A stretch of 62,649 nucleotides of DNA, filler included, from Dugesia japonica (Eukaryota): the NCBI GenBank assembly GCA_001938525.1. It is 6 parts of 6 records of this genome, joined end to end, with 100 filler letters (N's around TTAATTAATTAA, not from the genome) between each part and the next. Parts side by side here need not be neighbours in the genome. Positions count along the whole stretch, not along the records: positions 42,201 to 53,771 come from MQRL01642130.1; positions 53,872 to 62,649 come from MQRL01597385.1; 4 more parts are not named here. One strand, 5' to 3'. Below are positions 49,701 through 62,649 of the stretch, piece after piece. Position 1 is the first letter of the stretch. Each line of letters opens with the position of its first letter. The notes beneath the pieces were generated by a model. That model did not search any database and was not told the origin of the DNA. It was given only the letters and a program-made list of their open reading frames with translations. The translations under genes were made by a program, and so were the position numbers.

Positions 49701-50949
49701 TTTGAGAAAAATGATGATAACATGTTTGTTCATGGGAATGAGCAATTTCAGATAACTGTATACACTTTACCAAAGAAATTACAAATTAGTGATAAAATAA
49801 CAAAAAAATATGAAAAGTTATTTAACAACCTAATTCATCCAAATCTCATGTTTTTTTTGAATATTTGTTTTTTTTCATTTATTAATCCCTGATCTGTATT
49901 TATCAGAAGAACATTTGCAAAGATAACAATTGTTTTTTTCTATATTTTTGTACATTGTTCAATATTTCAATAAAGTCTTCATAAAGAACGATTGTTAAAT
50001 TCATTCTATCTATAAAATTCTAATAGAAACCTAATTCAAANTTTTTTTATTTAAATCAATTCTTATTGGTTAAGAAATTACTACATTACATTCATTGAAA
50101 ACTTTTTTTTTATTTAATTTCTTTATTAAGATTTTATGATTAAAATGAGCTTTGATGTTTGCCTTTTAAATATCGTTTTATTATTTTTGTATTAATTTAT
50201 TTTTAGTATTTAAAATTTCGTAAGTTACATCATTACTAATGATTCATTAACAAGATTGATTTCACTTAGTTGTCTTTTAAATACATGTTAACTAGGAATA
50301 GTTTTTTAAAGTATATCTTTGAAAAGTTCACTTCTGAAACGTGTATTTTATAAGGACGAAAGATAAAATTAAAAAACATTTTAAAATTTTAATTTTTTCA
50401 TTAAATTAATTTATTTTTAAACAAATTTTAATAAATTTCTAACAATATGACCACACTAAGAAAACTAATCAATGTAATTATTTTCAAAAAAATTGCATAA
50501 TCTCTTGATATAGTATTTCCTTAAGAATATTATAAAAAATCTTCTCTTCCTTCATCGAATAATTGATTATTCAGCATTTTCCGAAGATCTCATAATAAAA
50601 TTTATTGAAAACATCCATCTTAAATTTCTTCTTTTCATCAAACATATTCATTTAACAATAATAATTACTTCTGGTAAAAATAGAAATGTTGAAAAACCAA
50701 TGTAATGTATTTTTTAAAAAAATTTACAAATACTTTTACACTAAGATTAGATCAGAAGGTATAATTACAATACCAAATGAATAAATAAAATTTATAATTA
50801 TGAAAATTATCAATAATTACTAACAATATGAAATACCTTTAATTTTTAAATTAACCCAAAATTCTGATTATTCAAATAGCTTTTCAAAACACACGGCATA
50901 AAAAAGCAATTTAAATTAAAAAATCTTGTATACATTAATTATCTCTAAC

Positions 50950-51365
50950 ATGCCCACTTCGATAATTTTTTTCTATATTTTTCTCAATCTTCTCTCATCT
51001 TTCTTAGTGAAGCCAGTATCTTCTCTCATGTAAATTCTCCAACATACGATAAAGATCTACAAATTTACTCTGACTTTAATCTTCTCCTTCTTTTTAAACC
51101 AGAACAAAATCACTTATTTTCAATTTACACTTCGTCTGATCTTTCCCCTTAAGTATTTCTTCTTCTTCATCAACCCTTTCCCTACTAATACATCTTCCAA
51201 ATATCAATTCTGTTGGACTCTTTTGAATTGATCTTTGAATGTTCTATTTATCCCCAACTCAACCTATAGTAGCAGTGCCGTCCAGTCTGTTATACGTCTT
51301 TTCTTCATAGTGGTATTTATCTACTTTTTCATTTTCATGAATTGTCTTTCAATTTTTCCATTCGA
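50950..51365 (-). mobile_element. Gypsy integrase C-terminal fragment
   Basis: GKIERQF...INTTMKKRRITDWTALLL*VELGIN...KSPTELIFGR. Confidence 0.7.
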
Positions 51366-53771
51366 ATTAACAATAAAATAAACAATTTAAATTAAANNNN
51401 NNNNNNNNNNNNNNNNNNNNNNNNNNNNNNNNNNNNNNNNNNNNNNNNNNNNNNNNNNNNNNNNNNNNNNNNNNNNNNNNNNAGTTAAAAAATTTAAAAA
51501 TAATAAATTTTAATTTATTATTTTTTTAAAATTTAATTAACGAAAAAACATACGAAACTATATCAAAAAAAGATTTAATTAAGAGATCTTACAAAAATTT
51601 TTTTATCGGGAGAATTCGCCAAACATAAATTAAACTGTTTAGTAGTCGTTAAATAGGTAACTTTTTTAAATAATTAATAATTTTTAACTTTAATTGATAC
51701 ATTTCATTGATTTATGATTTTTATATAAATATTCGTTAATTAAAACTTTTTTAAACTTGTTTTTAATACATGTTTTTACATTTAATTCGAATTTTAAATA
51801 TGTAAAATTTAAATTTTGTTTAAATAAAGAAAATAATACAATAAATAAAAAAATAATTTTTTATTGTTTTCAAATGATTGAATAAACGAAAATAAAAATT
51901 GATAATAAATCATCAATGTCTTCAACGTAAAAATTATTAAATATTAAATATAATTCAATTTAAAATCCACACAAATTAAAACAAAATGAAATTTAATAAA
52001 AATAAAATGGATAATAAATCATCGATTTCTTCAACATCAAAATTATTAAATATTAAATAAAATTCAATTTAAATCCACACAAATTAAAACAAAACTTATT
52101 TCTTTATCTATTTCATTTTACTTCAAATTTTATCAAAAAAAAAAGAAACCAATTATAACAATTTAAATATTTCAGTTAATGATTCATATTTATTTCTGAA
52201 TATTATAAAAAATCTTCTGCCCATCATGAAAAAGGATTAGCTAAATTAACCACAATTCACACAAAAATGCATTTTTCATTCAATCCGGATTAACGATGTT
52301 TTATTAGAAAAATGAATCAAAATTTCACTATGGAAAAAAAAATAATAATTTCTGAAATTTATCAATTCACACTCAAATAAAAATTATAAATAATTATTTA
52401 ACAGATGAACAATGAGATCAGTAGTTGTGAAAATACAATGTTTGAAGTAACAAAAAAAATTTTTGTACTGGAAATTGAAATTGAAATTTTAGAAATTTTC
52501 TGTAGATAATAAAATTCAGAATAATTAATTTTCTCCACTAAAATTAAAAGAAATTATTTAATAATAATATTTTCAAAATCAAGTTAGAAATTTTGAAAGA
52601 AAAACTTCTAGAAAATAAGTCCGATTAATTATTAATTTCAATGAGACCATGAATTTTTTGATGAATAATTACTACTTTTAAATCATGCAAGTAGTCAAAT
52701 TAGAAAGTATTATTTGAAGCATTGAAAATCTTTGATTATTTTTTTTTGACCATCTGTAGTATGTTGCTTAAATTAGAAAAATGTCTGGAATTGTATTTTT
52801 TATAAATTTAAAATAAAATCTCTTTCAATTAAACCATTTTATTTTAAGTTTTTAAAAGATTTATTTATAGTATTTATAGATCAAAATATTATTTGAAAAA
52901 TATATAAAAAAATAATCATTAAGAACTTAAAGAAATATTGGCAATTTTCTAATAAAAATAAAAGAACAACATTTAATAAAATATTTATTTGCTGCAATTA
53001 ATTTCTACAGAATAACAATCATAATCCAGAAATTAAAGATTACTAAAACGAACCATTTAAAAGGTTTAAGCGATTATACAATTTCAATTATGCAATCTGA
53101 ATAAATAATGAATATTAAGTGATAAATATTTTATTGGATGGAGTTCTTTTATTTTCATTAGGAAATAATTATAAAATTCAATATATTTAAAACCGATAAA
53201 TTAAAACACAAAATTCTCCTTTTAAAAATTAAAACAAATTAAAATTCTGCTAAAATATTTTCAATTAAAATTCCAAAAATACAAAAAAATGGAAACTTCA
53301 TGTAAAACTAAATTTTTTCTAACTAATTTTCAATCATTAAAACGATCTTAATTAATTTTCTTTATTTAAAAGGAAAATTTTTATAAAATCTAAAAACTGT
53401 TAAAAATTTCCAAGAAAAAAAAATTACTGTGATTAACAAGAATCTGTAATTACCACTGTAAATTTGATTTGGAAATGTTAATTATCATTTATCACTTTTC
53501 CGAAACATAATATTAGTAATTTTCAGTTTGAAAATCTTTTCCAACAATCCATTCAAATTTCACACTTTCAATAAAGAGAAATTAAATATTTTAAAATCTA
53601 AATGTTACATTAAAAAAGTAGAAATTCATTTTTAATGCTTTGAAATTTATTTATAAGAAATTGTTTGCCAAAAATAAATGTAGAAACAGGATTAGAGTTC
53701 CAAATTCATTGACTCCTTAACACATTAAAAACTGATAATTTTTTTTTAATTTAAAAAATAAAATTGATCAC

Positions 53772-53871
53772 NNNNNNNNNNNNNNNNNNNNNNNNNNNNN
53801 NNNNNNNNNNNNNNNTTAATTAATTAANNNNNNNNNNNNNNNNNNNNNNNNNNNNNNNNNNNNNNNNNNNN
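53772..53871. other. Artificial contig-joining spacer
   Basis: 44N + TTAATTAATTAA + 44N. Confidence 0.95.
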
Positions 53872-54355
53872 ATTATTATTATTATTATTACTATTGATAT
53901 TGTTATTGATATTATTAATTTTATTAGTAATTCTAATCTTATCAAAATCAATACCCCTATAATTCTTAATAATGTCCATAATAGCATTGCGATTATTAAC
54001 TTTATCGTCGGATCAAGACATTGCTAACATGATTAAATAGTGTTATCACTAGGACTAGGGCCTTCATGATATTGACTTGGTTATTATTATAAATTACTGA
54101 CGATATCTTCCTCGGAATTTATAGCGAATACAGATGTCGTTATTAATGGCATTACCACCATATTACTCGCTACACTTAATTATATTCGAATATATTTTTT
54201 TAAAATCATTTAGTTACTAACTACTAATACTGAAATTCCCTTTTATAATGTAATCACTGAACAATGTAATTCCGATTTCTGTTCAGTATTGTAAAGAGAG
54301 GGTCGGGGTGATGTAACAAGGTAGTAAATATTATTCTAGCTATTATTGTCAGAGT

Positions 54356-56044
54356 ATGGCAAGTGGATTAAGGAAGATCCTACGAATAATTTTGAAGCAG
54401 ATAAAGAGTGCTCGACTTCGGCAAGTCATCGGACACCGGTTATTTCCCGAAATGGTGGAGCATCCCGACGAAACAGACTTGTGGTGTTTCGCCGAGATGT
54501 TTCCACTAATTTTTAAGGTGGATCTGGACGAAAAAGCATAATTTTTATCTTTTTCAACTCTCATTAATGTTTACAAAAATAAAATTTTAATTAATTTGTT
54601 TAAAAGTTAATGTGATATGGACTATAAAACCGATATGGACTATAAATGGGAAATACTATTAGACCGCAGGACAGGCCGCACTATATTCAAAAAATATAGG
54701 AATCCCCACAATGGGGATGCAGGCATTTTTGCAGAACGGTCCAATTTGCCCCCTAAGAAGCCAACGATGAACGTGAGTGGGATGCGCTGTTTACCATTCT
54801 GTCACAAATACCCAACCAAATGCGGATGGTGAAGTCCGTTTGACTCCAGAATGGCATAAAGGACCCTCAATGGTGGGCAGCAACACTGATCAACTTACTC
54901 CGTTCTACAATTTAACTGCTTTTGTAAACGACAACTTGTGGAGCATTCTCAACACCGGAAGCGGTGAAAGTGCTGAGAATTCCGAATCCACTCTTGTCAA
55001 CGAGACTGTTTTATAACGTTTAAATTTTTACTTAGTAACTAATAAAATTTCTTTTACTTTACTCAAGTTCATTGTTGTTTGTTAATATCTTGCTAAGAAA
55101 ATAATAATAATTTTGAGTGTTGAATAGTCATTGAACTTAGTATTTATCGTAGTTATTGATATCATTTTACCTTTTCTTTCATAGTGCATTCCTCACTCAA
55201 CCGTGCAACCGCTCAAACAAAGAAAATTCGAGAGGATAGCGAAGATCCCAAAATGACGTGTGAGCTTTATCGCCTTGCTAAGCGTCGTTGGGAGGCTAAT
55301 ACCTCCACGGCAGAAGTCAAAGTGAAACGTTATAAAACCAAATGTATTTCTTTTCGGAAGGAAGCAGATACCTCCTATGCTTAGGAGCGGCTCTGGAAGA
55401 CCAAGCCGAATCTTTCGCCAAAATTATTTGGTCCCTCCATGACCGAGAGAATAAACTGGTGAGTGACTTTTTGGAATTACGAAAAAGGATACCTTTTGAG
55501 CCGCTTTTGATAGACAAAGGCACGCAAACCTCTTGGCCCTGAACGATTATGTCTATAAATAAATTTCTCCTTGCCTTGTAGCGACTTGTTTTGTTTGTCT
55601 ATATTTAAGAAACAAATTTTCCTTTTATTTAAATATTTATAATGAAGTAGTCTATAATCTAACTAGTAGTTCTTTGTTTCAGTGCCTCGTATTCAATTAC
55701 CTCGCAGCTTACAATGTTGCCATCGTCTAATCCAAAAGTTGTTAGTGGAGCGACACATCAAAAGACAGAATGAGCGTGCCCTCCTAAAACAACTGTCTCA
55801 ACGAAATAAATTAATTAAGAAACTTGAACTAGTCGTCAAAAAACAGAACGACCTAGCCGATCAAACGAAACAGTTGCTGCAACACAAAATAGATTTTTTG
55901 CAACACTATATCTCTGATTTGTCACGTCAATTAGGAAACTAGGCCTGGATTTGCTGGGATAATAACGATGACGAGGCAGTTTTTAATTACTTAAATGAAG
56001 AGCCTACCCAGTGGTTAGACCTGGGTGCTCTCGAATTTATGTGA
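54356..56044 (+). other. Cassette of four short GC-richer orphan ORF blocks (54356-54541, 54617-55016, 55184-55542, 55682-56044), partly frameshifted
   Basis: Co-oriented coding-like blocks separated by AT-rich spacers ending in T-rich + AG; the last block is coiled-coil-like. Confidence 0.5.
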
Positions 56045-56290
56045 ATTATGAATCAAATATATATTCAGTTGATTAGTCTATTTTATTTTGTTTTGTAAAT
56101 CAAAATAAGGGAAATCATGAAACGAACTTAAAGGTATACGGGTGTGCATCTCAAGTAGATGTTGGAGATCAACCGCCCTATACCGAAAATTTAAAAAAGG
56201 ACTTTAGATTAAATTATTGAAGGGTATCCCCTGAGTGCTATTTTTCCCTAGCCAACGTTTTCTACTATCTACTCAGGTGGAACCCCAACA

Positions 56291-56299
56291 ATAATAATG

Positions 56300-56344
<45 letters not shown>

Positions 56345-56394
56345 NNNNNNNNNNNNNNNNNNNNNNNNNNNNNNNNNNNNNNNNNNNNNNNNNN

Positions 56395-56457
<63 letters not shown>
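56291..56457. repeat. (AAT)n microsatellite (others near 24553-24612, 29198-29269, 40848-40930, 57005-57035)
   Basis: Directly visible; source of the spurious poly-Y and poly-I ORFs. Confidence 0.95.
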
Positions 56458-57003
56458 TAATCAATAGATAAATAAAGATACATTCCAAGAATCAAAAATA
56501 TTTTTTGGTTATGAAATTGATTTTCTAAAGAAAGCAATCACTATTGAATGTTATGATATGGTTGTAATTAAAATTTGTATATTCGGATTCCTTAAAAAAG
56601 ATCTTAGTAGAGATGATATTGAAAGATTGAACAATAATTTATTGATTGCTAAGCCAAGATTGCTAACATTTGATCCAGAATCATTTTTCATTAAGAAGTC
56701 AACAAATTAGGTATTTATAATGAAAAAGGAAAGCGGATTAGATAATTACCTGATGAAGTTCATGCTCGAATAAAAATAAAATTATTAGCCCTTAAAGAAA
56801 GGGATCAAACATTAATTTCTTCAATCTTTCATATCGATGAAATAAGAATTTCCAAAATAGAATTTGAGAGTGATGATGAAAACTAGACGATTAGTATTTG
56901 TTCACTTTCTGATTTTATTGTTTATTCATTATTAAATAAAGCTGCTTTCATTTAACGTTTTTTTATTCTTATTTATTTTATAAAATTATTTATTATTTTT
57001 CGA

Positions 57004-57036
<33 letters not shown>

Positions 57037-57709
57037 TGTTAATAAGCATTGAAACAAATTAATAATAGTAACAATANNNNNNNNNNNNNNNNNNNNNNNN
57101 NNNNNNNNNNNNNNNNNNNNNNNNNNNNNNNNNNNNNNNNNNNNNNNNNNNNNNNNNNNNNNNNNNNNNNNNNNNNNNNNNAATAAAATTTATAAAATAA
57201 TGATAATTAAAAATTGTATTGAATTGTTTTAATAAATAATAATGATAATATAATGTGATTGATAATATTGAAAATGTCTCTGTGTGTATGTATATATATA
57301 TACAAAAAAAACATAATACTTACAGGTGGAATTTAGTTAAGTTTAATAGTCCATCTATTAAACATGCTAATCTACCTTTTTCAATAAATAATATTCTAGG
57401 AGTTAGAAAAAAAACGGATTTTAGCATAGATAGGTTGATTGATTCATCATCATCATGTGATGATGAATAACAACCATCATTTAAAAATAGAAAATATATA
57501 TATATAAATAGATGGAACGATTCGCCATCAATTAGCTATAAACAATGTGATGATGAACAACAATATGCAACATATAACATGAATTTGAGAAAAAGAAAAC
57601 GTATTAATCTTAATCATGAGAATATTAAAAAATAAAAACAATCACAGATGAATATGTAAGAAAACCAAATTTTAATCGTGCCTATGTTATTTTTTTAGAA
57701 AAAGGAATT

Positions 57710-58180
57710 TTCGATCTTGAAAGAGAAGATAAGAAAGAACAGTATATTATCCGATACTTTTTATTTGTAAAGACAATGAATTATATGATATTAGTTATAT
57801 GTAAATAAATTTATATTGTCATGGAATTTATTGCTTTTTTGATATTATATTTTAAAGTTGATAATTTGATAATGGATTTCTCAATACATTGTGAAAGTTC
57901 ATGGTTCTTAATAAATTAAATAAAATCTTGTTCTCTATATTTTTTTAGTAAAATGAATTTCCGATCTTGAAAGAGAAGATAAGAAAGGACAGTATATTAT
58001 CCGATATTTTTTATTTGTTAAGACTATGAATTATATGATATTTTTTATATGTAAAAAAAATTTTTTGTTGATATTATATTTTTAAAGTTGATAATTTGAT
58101 AATTGGATGTCTCGATATATATTTTTCATGCAAGATGTGTAAGAGTCATAGTTTACAATGAAGTGTGAAAGTTCATGCTT
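57710..58180. repeat. Tandem duplication of about 250 bp
   Basis: CGATCTTGAAAGAGAAGATAAGAAAG.ACAGTATATTATCCGATA occurs at 57712 and 57962. Confidence 0.85.
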
Positions 58181-58919
58181 CACCTTTCGAATGAGTAAAA
58201 TACCGCGCGAATGATTTTTCAAAAAGTAGCAGAGTTTATAATAAAGTTTGAAAGTTTCCGACTCGTCTGTAAAATTCATGAAAAAACAGAAACATTTGAA
58301 TTCTCGCGATTAAAAAAAACAATAAAAATCCAATTGTTTAATTTAAAGTGTGAAAAAGAATTGACAGCAAAGGTTTGGAATTTTCATATCTCTGGTTACG
58401 CTTCATATGTGATATCACGCATATTGGATGAGTAAAAAACAATTCANAGTTTACATTAAGTTGTGAATGATCATGACTCTAGTGTGAAATCTCTATTAAG
58501 AAACAATAAAATTGAATTCCTCCGGTTAAAATATAATAAAAATATTAAATCTATTTTTGATATAATGTGTGAAAATTGACAGCACGTGTGTAAATTTCAC
58601 TACATAGATATCATTGTTTACTGTTTATATTAAGGTGAAAAATTCACACGTTAGGTGTCACAGTTAAAGTGCAAAATTTCACATCTACCGTGTGGTGGCA
58701 TCCTTTGTTCCAAGTCTACACGTATTCAAATTCACACGTAGATTAAAGTGTTAAATTTTACAGCTACTGTGTAGCGGCATTCATTGTCCAGTATACCACA
58801 GCGGGTGTCCAGTATACATTAAAATATAAAATTTCATGGCTACTGTAAGGCGGCAGGAACATCCTTTGTTCGAGTCTACCCGTAACCATCTACTCACTAA
58901 TACTACTTATAATATACCA

Positions 58920-61900
58920 TTGAGAAAGTGAGCCTTTAGACTCAGTTCATATCTATTTAGAGTTAAACGTAGGAATAATCTTAACAAAAAAGCTGTTTCT
59001 CTAAGATTTACTGAAATTTCATCAGTCGGAGAGTATTCCTTAGCAATGTGTAAAGAGGAATTCAGCTTCTCTGATGCTATAAAAACTTTTAATAAGTTAT
59101 ATTGTTTACAGAGTAAAAAAGCTTATGCCTGATACTTAGAGTTCGCAGTTGCCCACTCTTGCGTCTTCTTTGATAACTGTAGAAAACCCAACTTCTGCTT
59201 TAACTCTTCACAAAAGTTGGTTTAGCGATGTGTAAATCAAAGACTTCATGACTACTTATTTGTGATTCATAGTTTGTTTGTTTGGATCACTCAGATTGTG
59301 CTAATTAAGAGTGGCATTTTTTGTCGCCCTTCCAGCGCCCTTTTATCTAAAGCTTTACTCTGAAGCTTTTTAATGATGATCCTCTTTTTAACTTGGAGAT
59401 TTGAAAAGTTTGGAATAATTTCTGATAAACTGAATAGAATTAGTGCTAGTGATCCTAACTATTCATTGCGTCTGAATTCTCTGATTACAAACTTGGACAT
59501 TCCTGCATACAGTGGTCTAATTTCCAATGCCAATAACCTCATTGTAGACCAAGTAGTCTTCGGCTTGTATTAATGTGAACAATGACTTAATCTCGGAGAT
59601 TGTCTCCTTTAAAATTTTCAAAAACAAAAGTTTGTTTTTTTTGGTAAGGTCTGGGTTCTTTTTGTTTTTGACATTGCTAGGAAAATCTCTTTTTGTCTTC
59701 ATCCTTGTGATATTGAAAGTAATGCTGTTGAAAAAGCTGATATTATTCAAACTTCATGAATGCATGTCTGAATTTTGCAGGAATAAAGATATTTGAATAA
59801 TAAAACCACACTTAGCATTCCAACTTTTCAGAAAATACTAGAGAAAGTGGCTTTTTTGTGACTACATTCGATCTCTTTCTAATTTCAATATTTGAAAAGA
59901 ATGGATGTAGCTCAAATTAAATAATATCTTTAAAATTTAATTAAATTTTGATAAAAATAAAATTGGCACGCAGATTAATATTATCACAAAATATGAAAAC
60001 TAAATTTAATATTTTATTAGTAGTAAAGATCAGTAATGACATTAACACTGCTATTGATTCTTTCTACAGCTATTTACACTCTGTATGCAAAATAAGATAT
60101 TAAAACATTAATTTTAAAATTGGGATCAATGAGGAAAATATAAGACAAGTTGAAATGGATTTGGTTATGACGGCTCAATTCAAATACTCACAGAAGGTGG
60201 TTTTTGAGCTGTTCAATAATGGGGTTTCTGTTGATTGTTATCATTCCCCGCCTCATATTGAGGCGTACTTTTACTTCAAGGTTGTTAATGGTCCGCTCAA
60301 TGGGGTATCTGTTCCTCAATCAAGTCCAGTGATGAAACATTTGAGTGTGCGTGTCCTGATGATGCTACAATTAGACATATTCTTTTTTGTCTTTCTGTTT
60401 ATGCTCCTGGTATTAATAACATTACATACTAGAATATCAAATCGGCAGATTCGAATTGTCTTTTGGTTAACAAAATCTCCTCTAGAAGTTTTTCATCTAG
60501 AATAACTCCTTAGAGTTAGCGTGTGTAAAAATCTCTTATGATTTTGAAGCCTGACAAATCTGAATCTTATCATCGTATCTATTTTTGGTAATCAATTGCA
60601 CTACTATATTGTCTCTACAAGCTTTTTGTGTTTTGTCTTGTCTTCAGCTGTCAAATTTTGTTCAGAAATTCAATCTTCTTTACAATCTTCAAAAGAGTGC
60701 TGAAGTATCCAAATGGTACTTCGAGCACAATTTTTTGCTTCTTTGTTTCTTAGAAAAACAAAATCGTTATATAATTTCATCTTGTATATAGGCTTTCTAA
60801 ATATTATTGGCACCGTCGAGCGTATACTTGTTTTGATTGATCGCATTGGAGTGTCAAAAGCAGCTTTTGATTTGATTAGAAGCTTGTATAATGATATTTT
60901 GAACTACTATTATAAGTAGAAGAGGGGTCTTGCAAGGTTGAGTCTTATCAATTTTCTTTTTAACATTGGTATTGTCACTGTCATAAAAATTCTCAAATAA
61001 TTCAGGAGGAGTAAGTTATGTTTGGCATTTTATCTCTGTCTCAGTCTATGTCAATGATTATTTGCTGAGATTTGTGGCTAGAAATGAATCAAAACAGCTA
61101 AAAAATTCAAAGCTGTCTTTTATTGACAAGGCACTAAACTAGTTCGAGACAGTTACTACGCACACTATCTCGAAATGTTAGTTTCTAAGGTACAAACATC
61201 TATTACCTTTTTGAAAAGGATATTCAACTTTTAGGTCAAATTCCTGCAAAAAATCTTGAAATTTTCTTACAGATCGTTGATTGTCTCTCTGAAGAAAACC
61301 TTTTGATATTTTTNNNNNNNNNNNNNNNNNNNNNNNNNNNNNNNNNNNNNNNNNNNNNNNNNNNNNNNNNNNNNNNNNNNNNNNACATACTTGATCTTAT
61401 CTTTACTGTTCTTAGAGCGTCCCCTCAAACAAATAAACCTAACAATTTTAGTTCTATTTCTCTAGATGGCTGGCGTTTCATTCATATGGGTCGAACTTAC
61501 ACTCTTCCTGTGGATTACAATATTTGTTTCACTATTAAAATTTGCAGAGGATGTGCTTGTAGTCTTGAAACGCAGGCTTATGTCTTCTGACACCGCAATC
61601 TATCCTCGGCCTTCTGTACTAGGCATTACAATGATGTTCTAGAACTGCTTAAATACTTTGTCTGTCGTAAAATTAGTATTACAGTGGACAAGGTCCATCA
61701 GTTTCAGAGTTATTGTTGATGAACATAGAAATTTTTGAATCGCACTGATCGAGTTGATTTGAAACTGATCAGTGTGGAGAAGAGAAAGATTATTTTGTTG
61801 GATGTTGAAGTTCCTTATGACACTCCTAACAAAATAAAATTGGCTAGAGACCAGAATATCAGGAAAAACACAACACTGAAGGAAGACATCAAACATAATT

Positions 61901-62150
61901 TTTTAATTTGAAATGTCTAATTTGAAACGATATCAGTTCGATGTCTGGGAACATGGTATGTTGAAAATGATACTGTTTAGCAATATGTTGATTTTAAGTC
62001 AATGTTATAAGGAAATTTTCACTTGCCAGCGTAAGAATTTAAATATCCTGATATACAAACAACTGGCATTTTCAGGGTAGGACATTTTCACAATGGGCAA
62101 GCTATTTGCTCTGAATGTGATATCTATGATGTAAAAGGTGTCCAGTGTAC
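58920..62150 (+). mobile_element. Degenerate non-LTR retrotransposon with restriction-like endonuclease (NeSL/R5/R2-type)
   Basis: CRGCACSLETQAYVF*H...CTRHYNDVLELL...RVDLKL..EKRKIILLDVEVPYD...LARDQ is a decayed CCHC + RHN + PD..D RLE. Weaker RT remnants upstream (CRPSSA...GIIS; PDDAT; LKPDKS). Boundaries approximate. Confidence 0.72.
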
Positions 62151-62649
62151 ATAATTAAATTAAAAAGGTTCCTTCTCCCCGGTTGGTTCCGTGCGCTCTT
62201 TTTTCTTATTGTCTTTTTTTATTTTTCAGCTGTAATCCGCTGACCAAACCAGGATGTAAAGTTCTGTGTAGTATTTCCCGGATTGAAAGACAGTCTTTGT
62301 TTATCTTGGCGCAGTTTGTGTGTAGTCTCTACCTCCATGAAACAACTTTTTATGGAGACCGACATGGTGACACAACTTGGATAATAAATGGTGGAAGATA
62401 TGGATCTCAAAATAAATGAGAGAATACATGATCCAATTTGCAAAGTCAAGACAAATAAATAAAAAAAACAAATAAAAAATAAAATAAAAGATCAAAATCT
62501 TAAAATTATAAATCAAAAAAAATTCGGAAACTAAAAATAAATTTAAAAGATTAAAAAAATTTAAAAACACAAAAAACTCCAGTGTATTGAGATGATAGTG
62601 ATACGGATCAGACAAAAATTAAAAAATATCACTGGGGTTTTAATATTTT

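Noticed and set aside
55184-55942. SL-donated AUG opening the cassette 2 ORFs
   Set aside because: Adding AUG directly at the acceptors at 55184 and 55682 gives only short peptides in this copy; not supported without a consensus sequence.
56740-56790. CTGATGAAGTTCATGCTCGAAT as another hammerhead
   Set aside because: No GAAA core, palindromic stem III or stem I pairing, and the family's downstream motif is absent.

Overview
Very AT-rich animal (eukaryotic) genomic DNA. The ~50-nt introns, (AAT)n microsatellites and transposon content are compatible with a planarian-like flatworm, but that is inference. The window is six contigs joined by artificial 100-bp spacers (44 N + TTAATTAATTAA + 44 N), so adjacency across spacers is unreliable. 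Host-type genes: an intact, intronless, locally GC-rich and strongly diverged RNA polymerase III second-largest-subunit (RPC2/POLR3B-like) gene at 8193-11627; the 5' exons of an HGSNAT-like gene; and a two-exon secreted PAN-domain protein. The rest is mostly mobile DNA: a decayed Maverick/Polinton (adintovirus-like) provirus (major and minor capsid, PLA2-integrase, packaging ATPase, core proteins, gasdermin-like protein, pPolB); a full-length Gypsy element with TA...CA LTRs inserted into a Penelope-like RT, plus a solo LTR of the same family; a degenerate RLE-type non-LTR element; hAT, mariner, piggyBac-like and Helitron pieces; and a 20-bp satellite. Most worth follow-up: (1) the diverged Pol III subunit as a candidate specialised polymerase paralog; (2) a dispersed family of minimal type I hammerhead ribozymes with covarying stems, one abutting a perfect 70-bp palindrome; (3) two cassettes of short orphan coiled-coil ORFs, each behind a splice-acceptor-like site and ending in CCCAACA, possibly accessory genes inside long LTRs.
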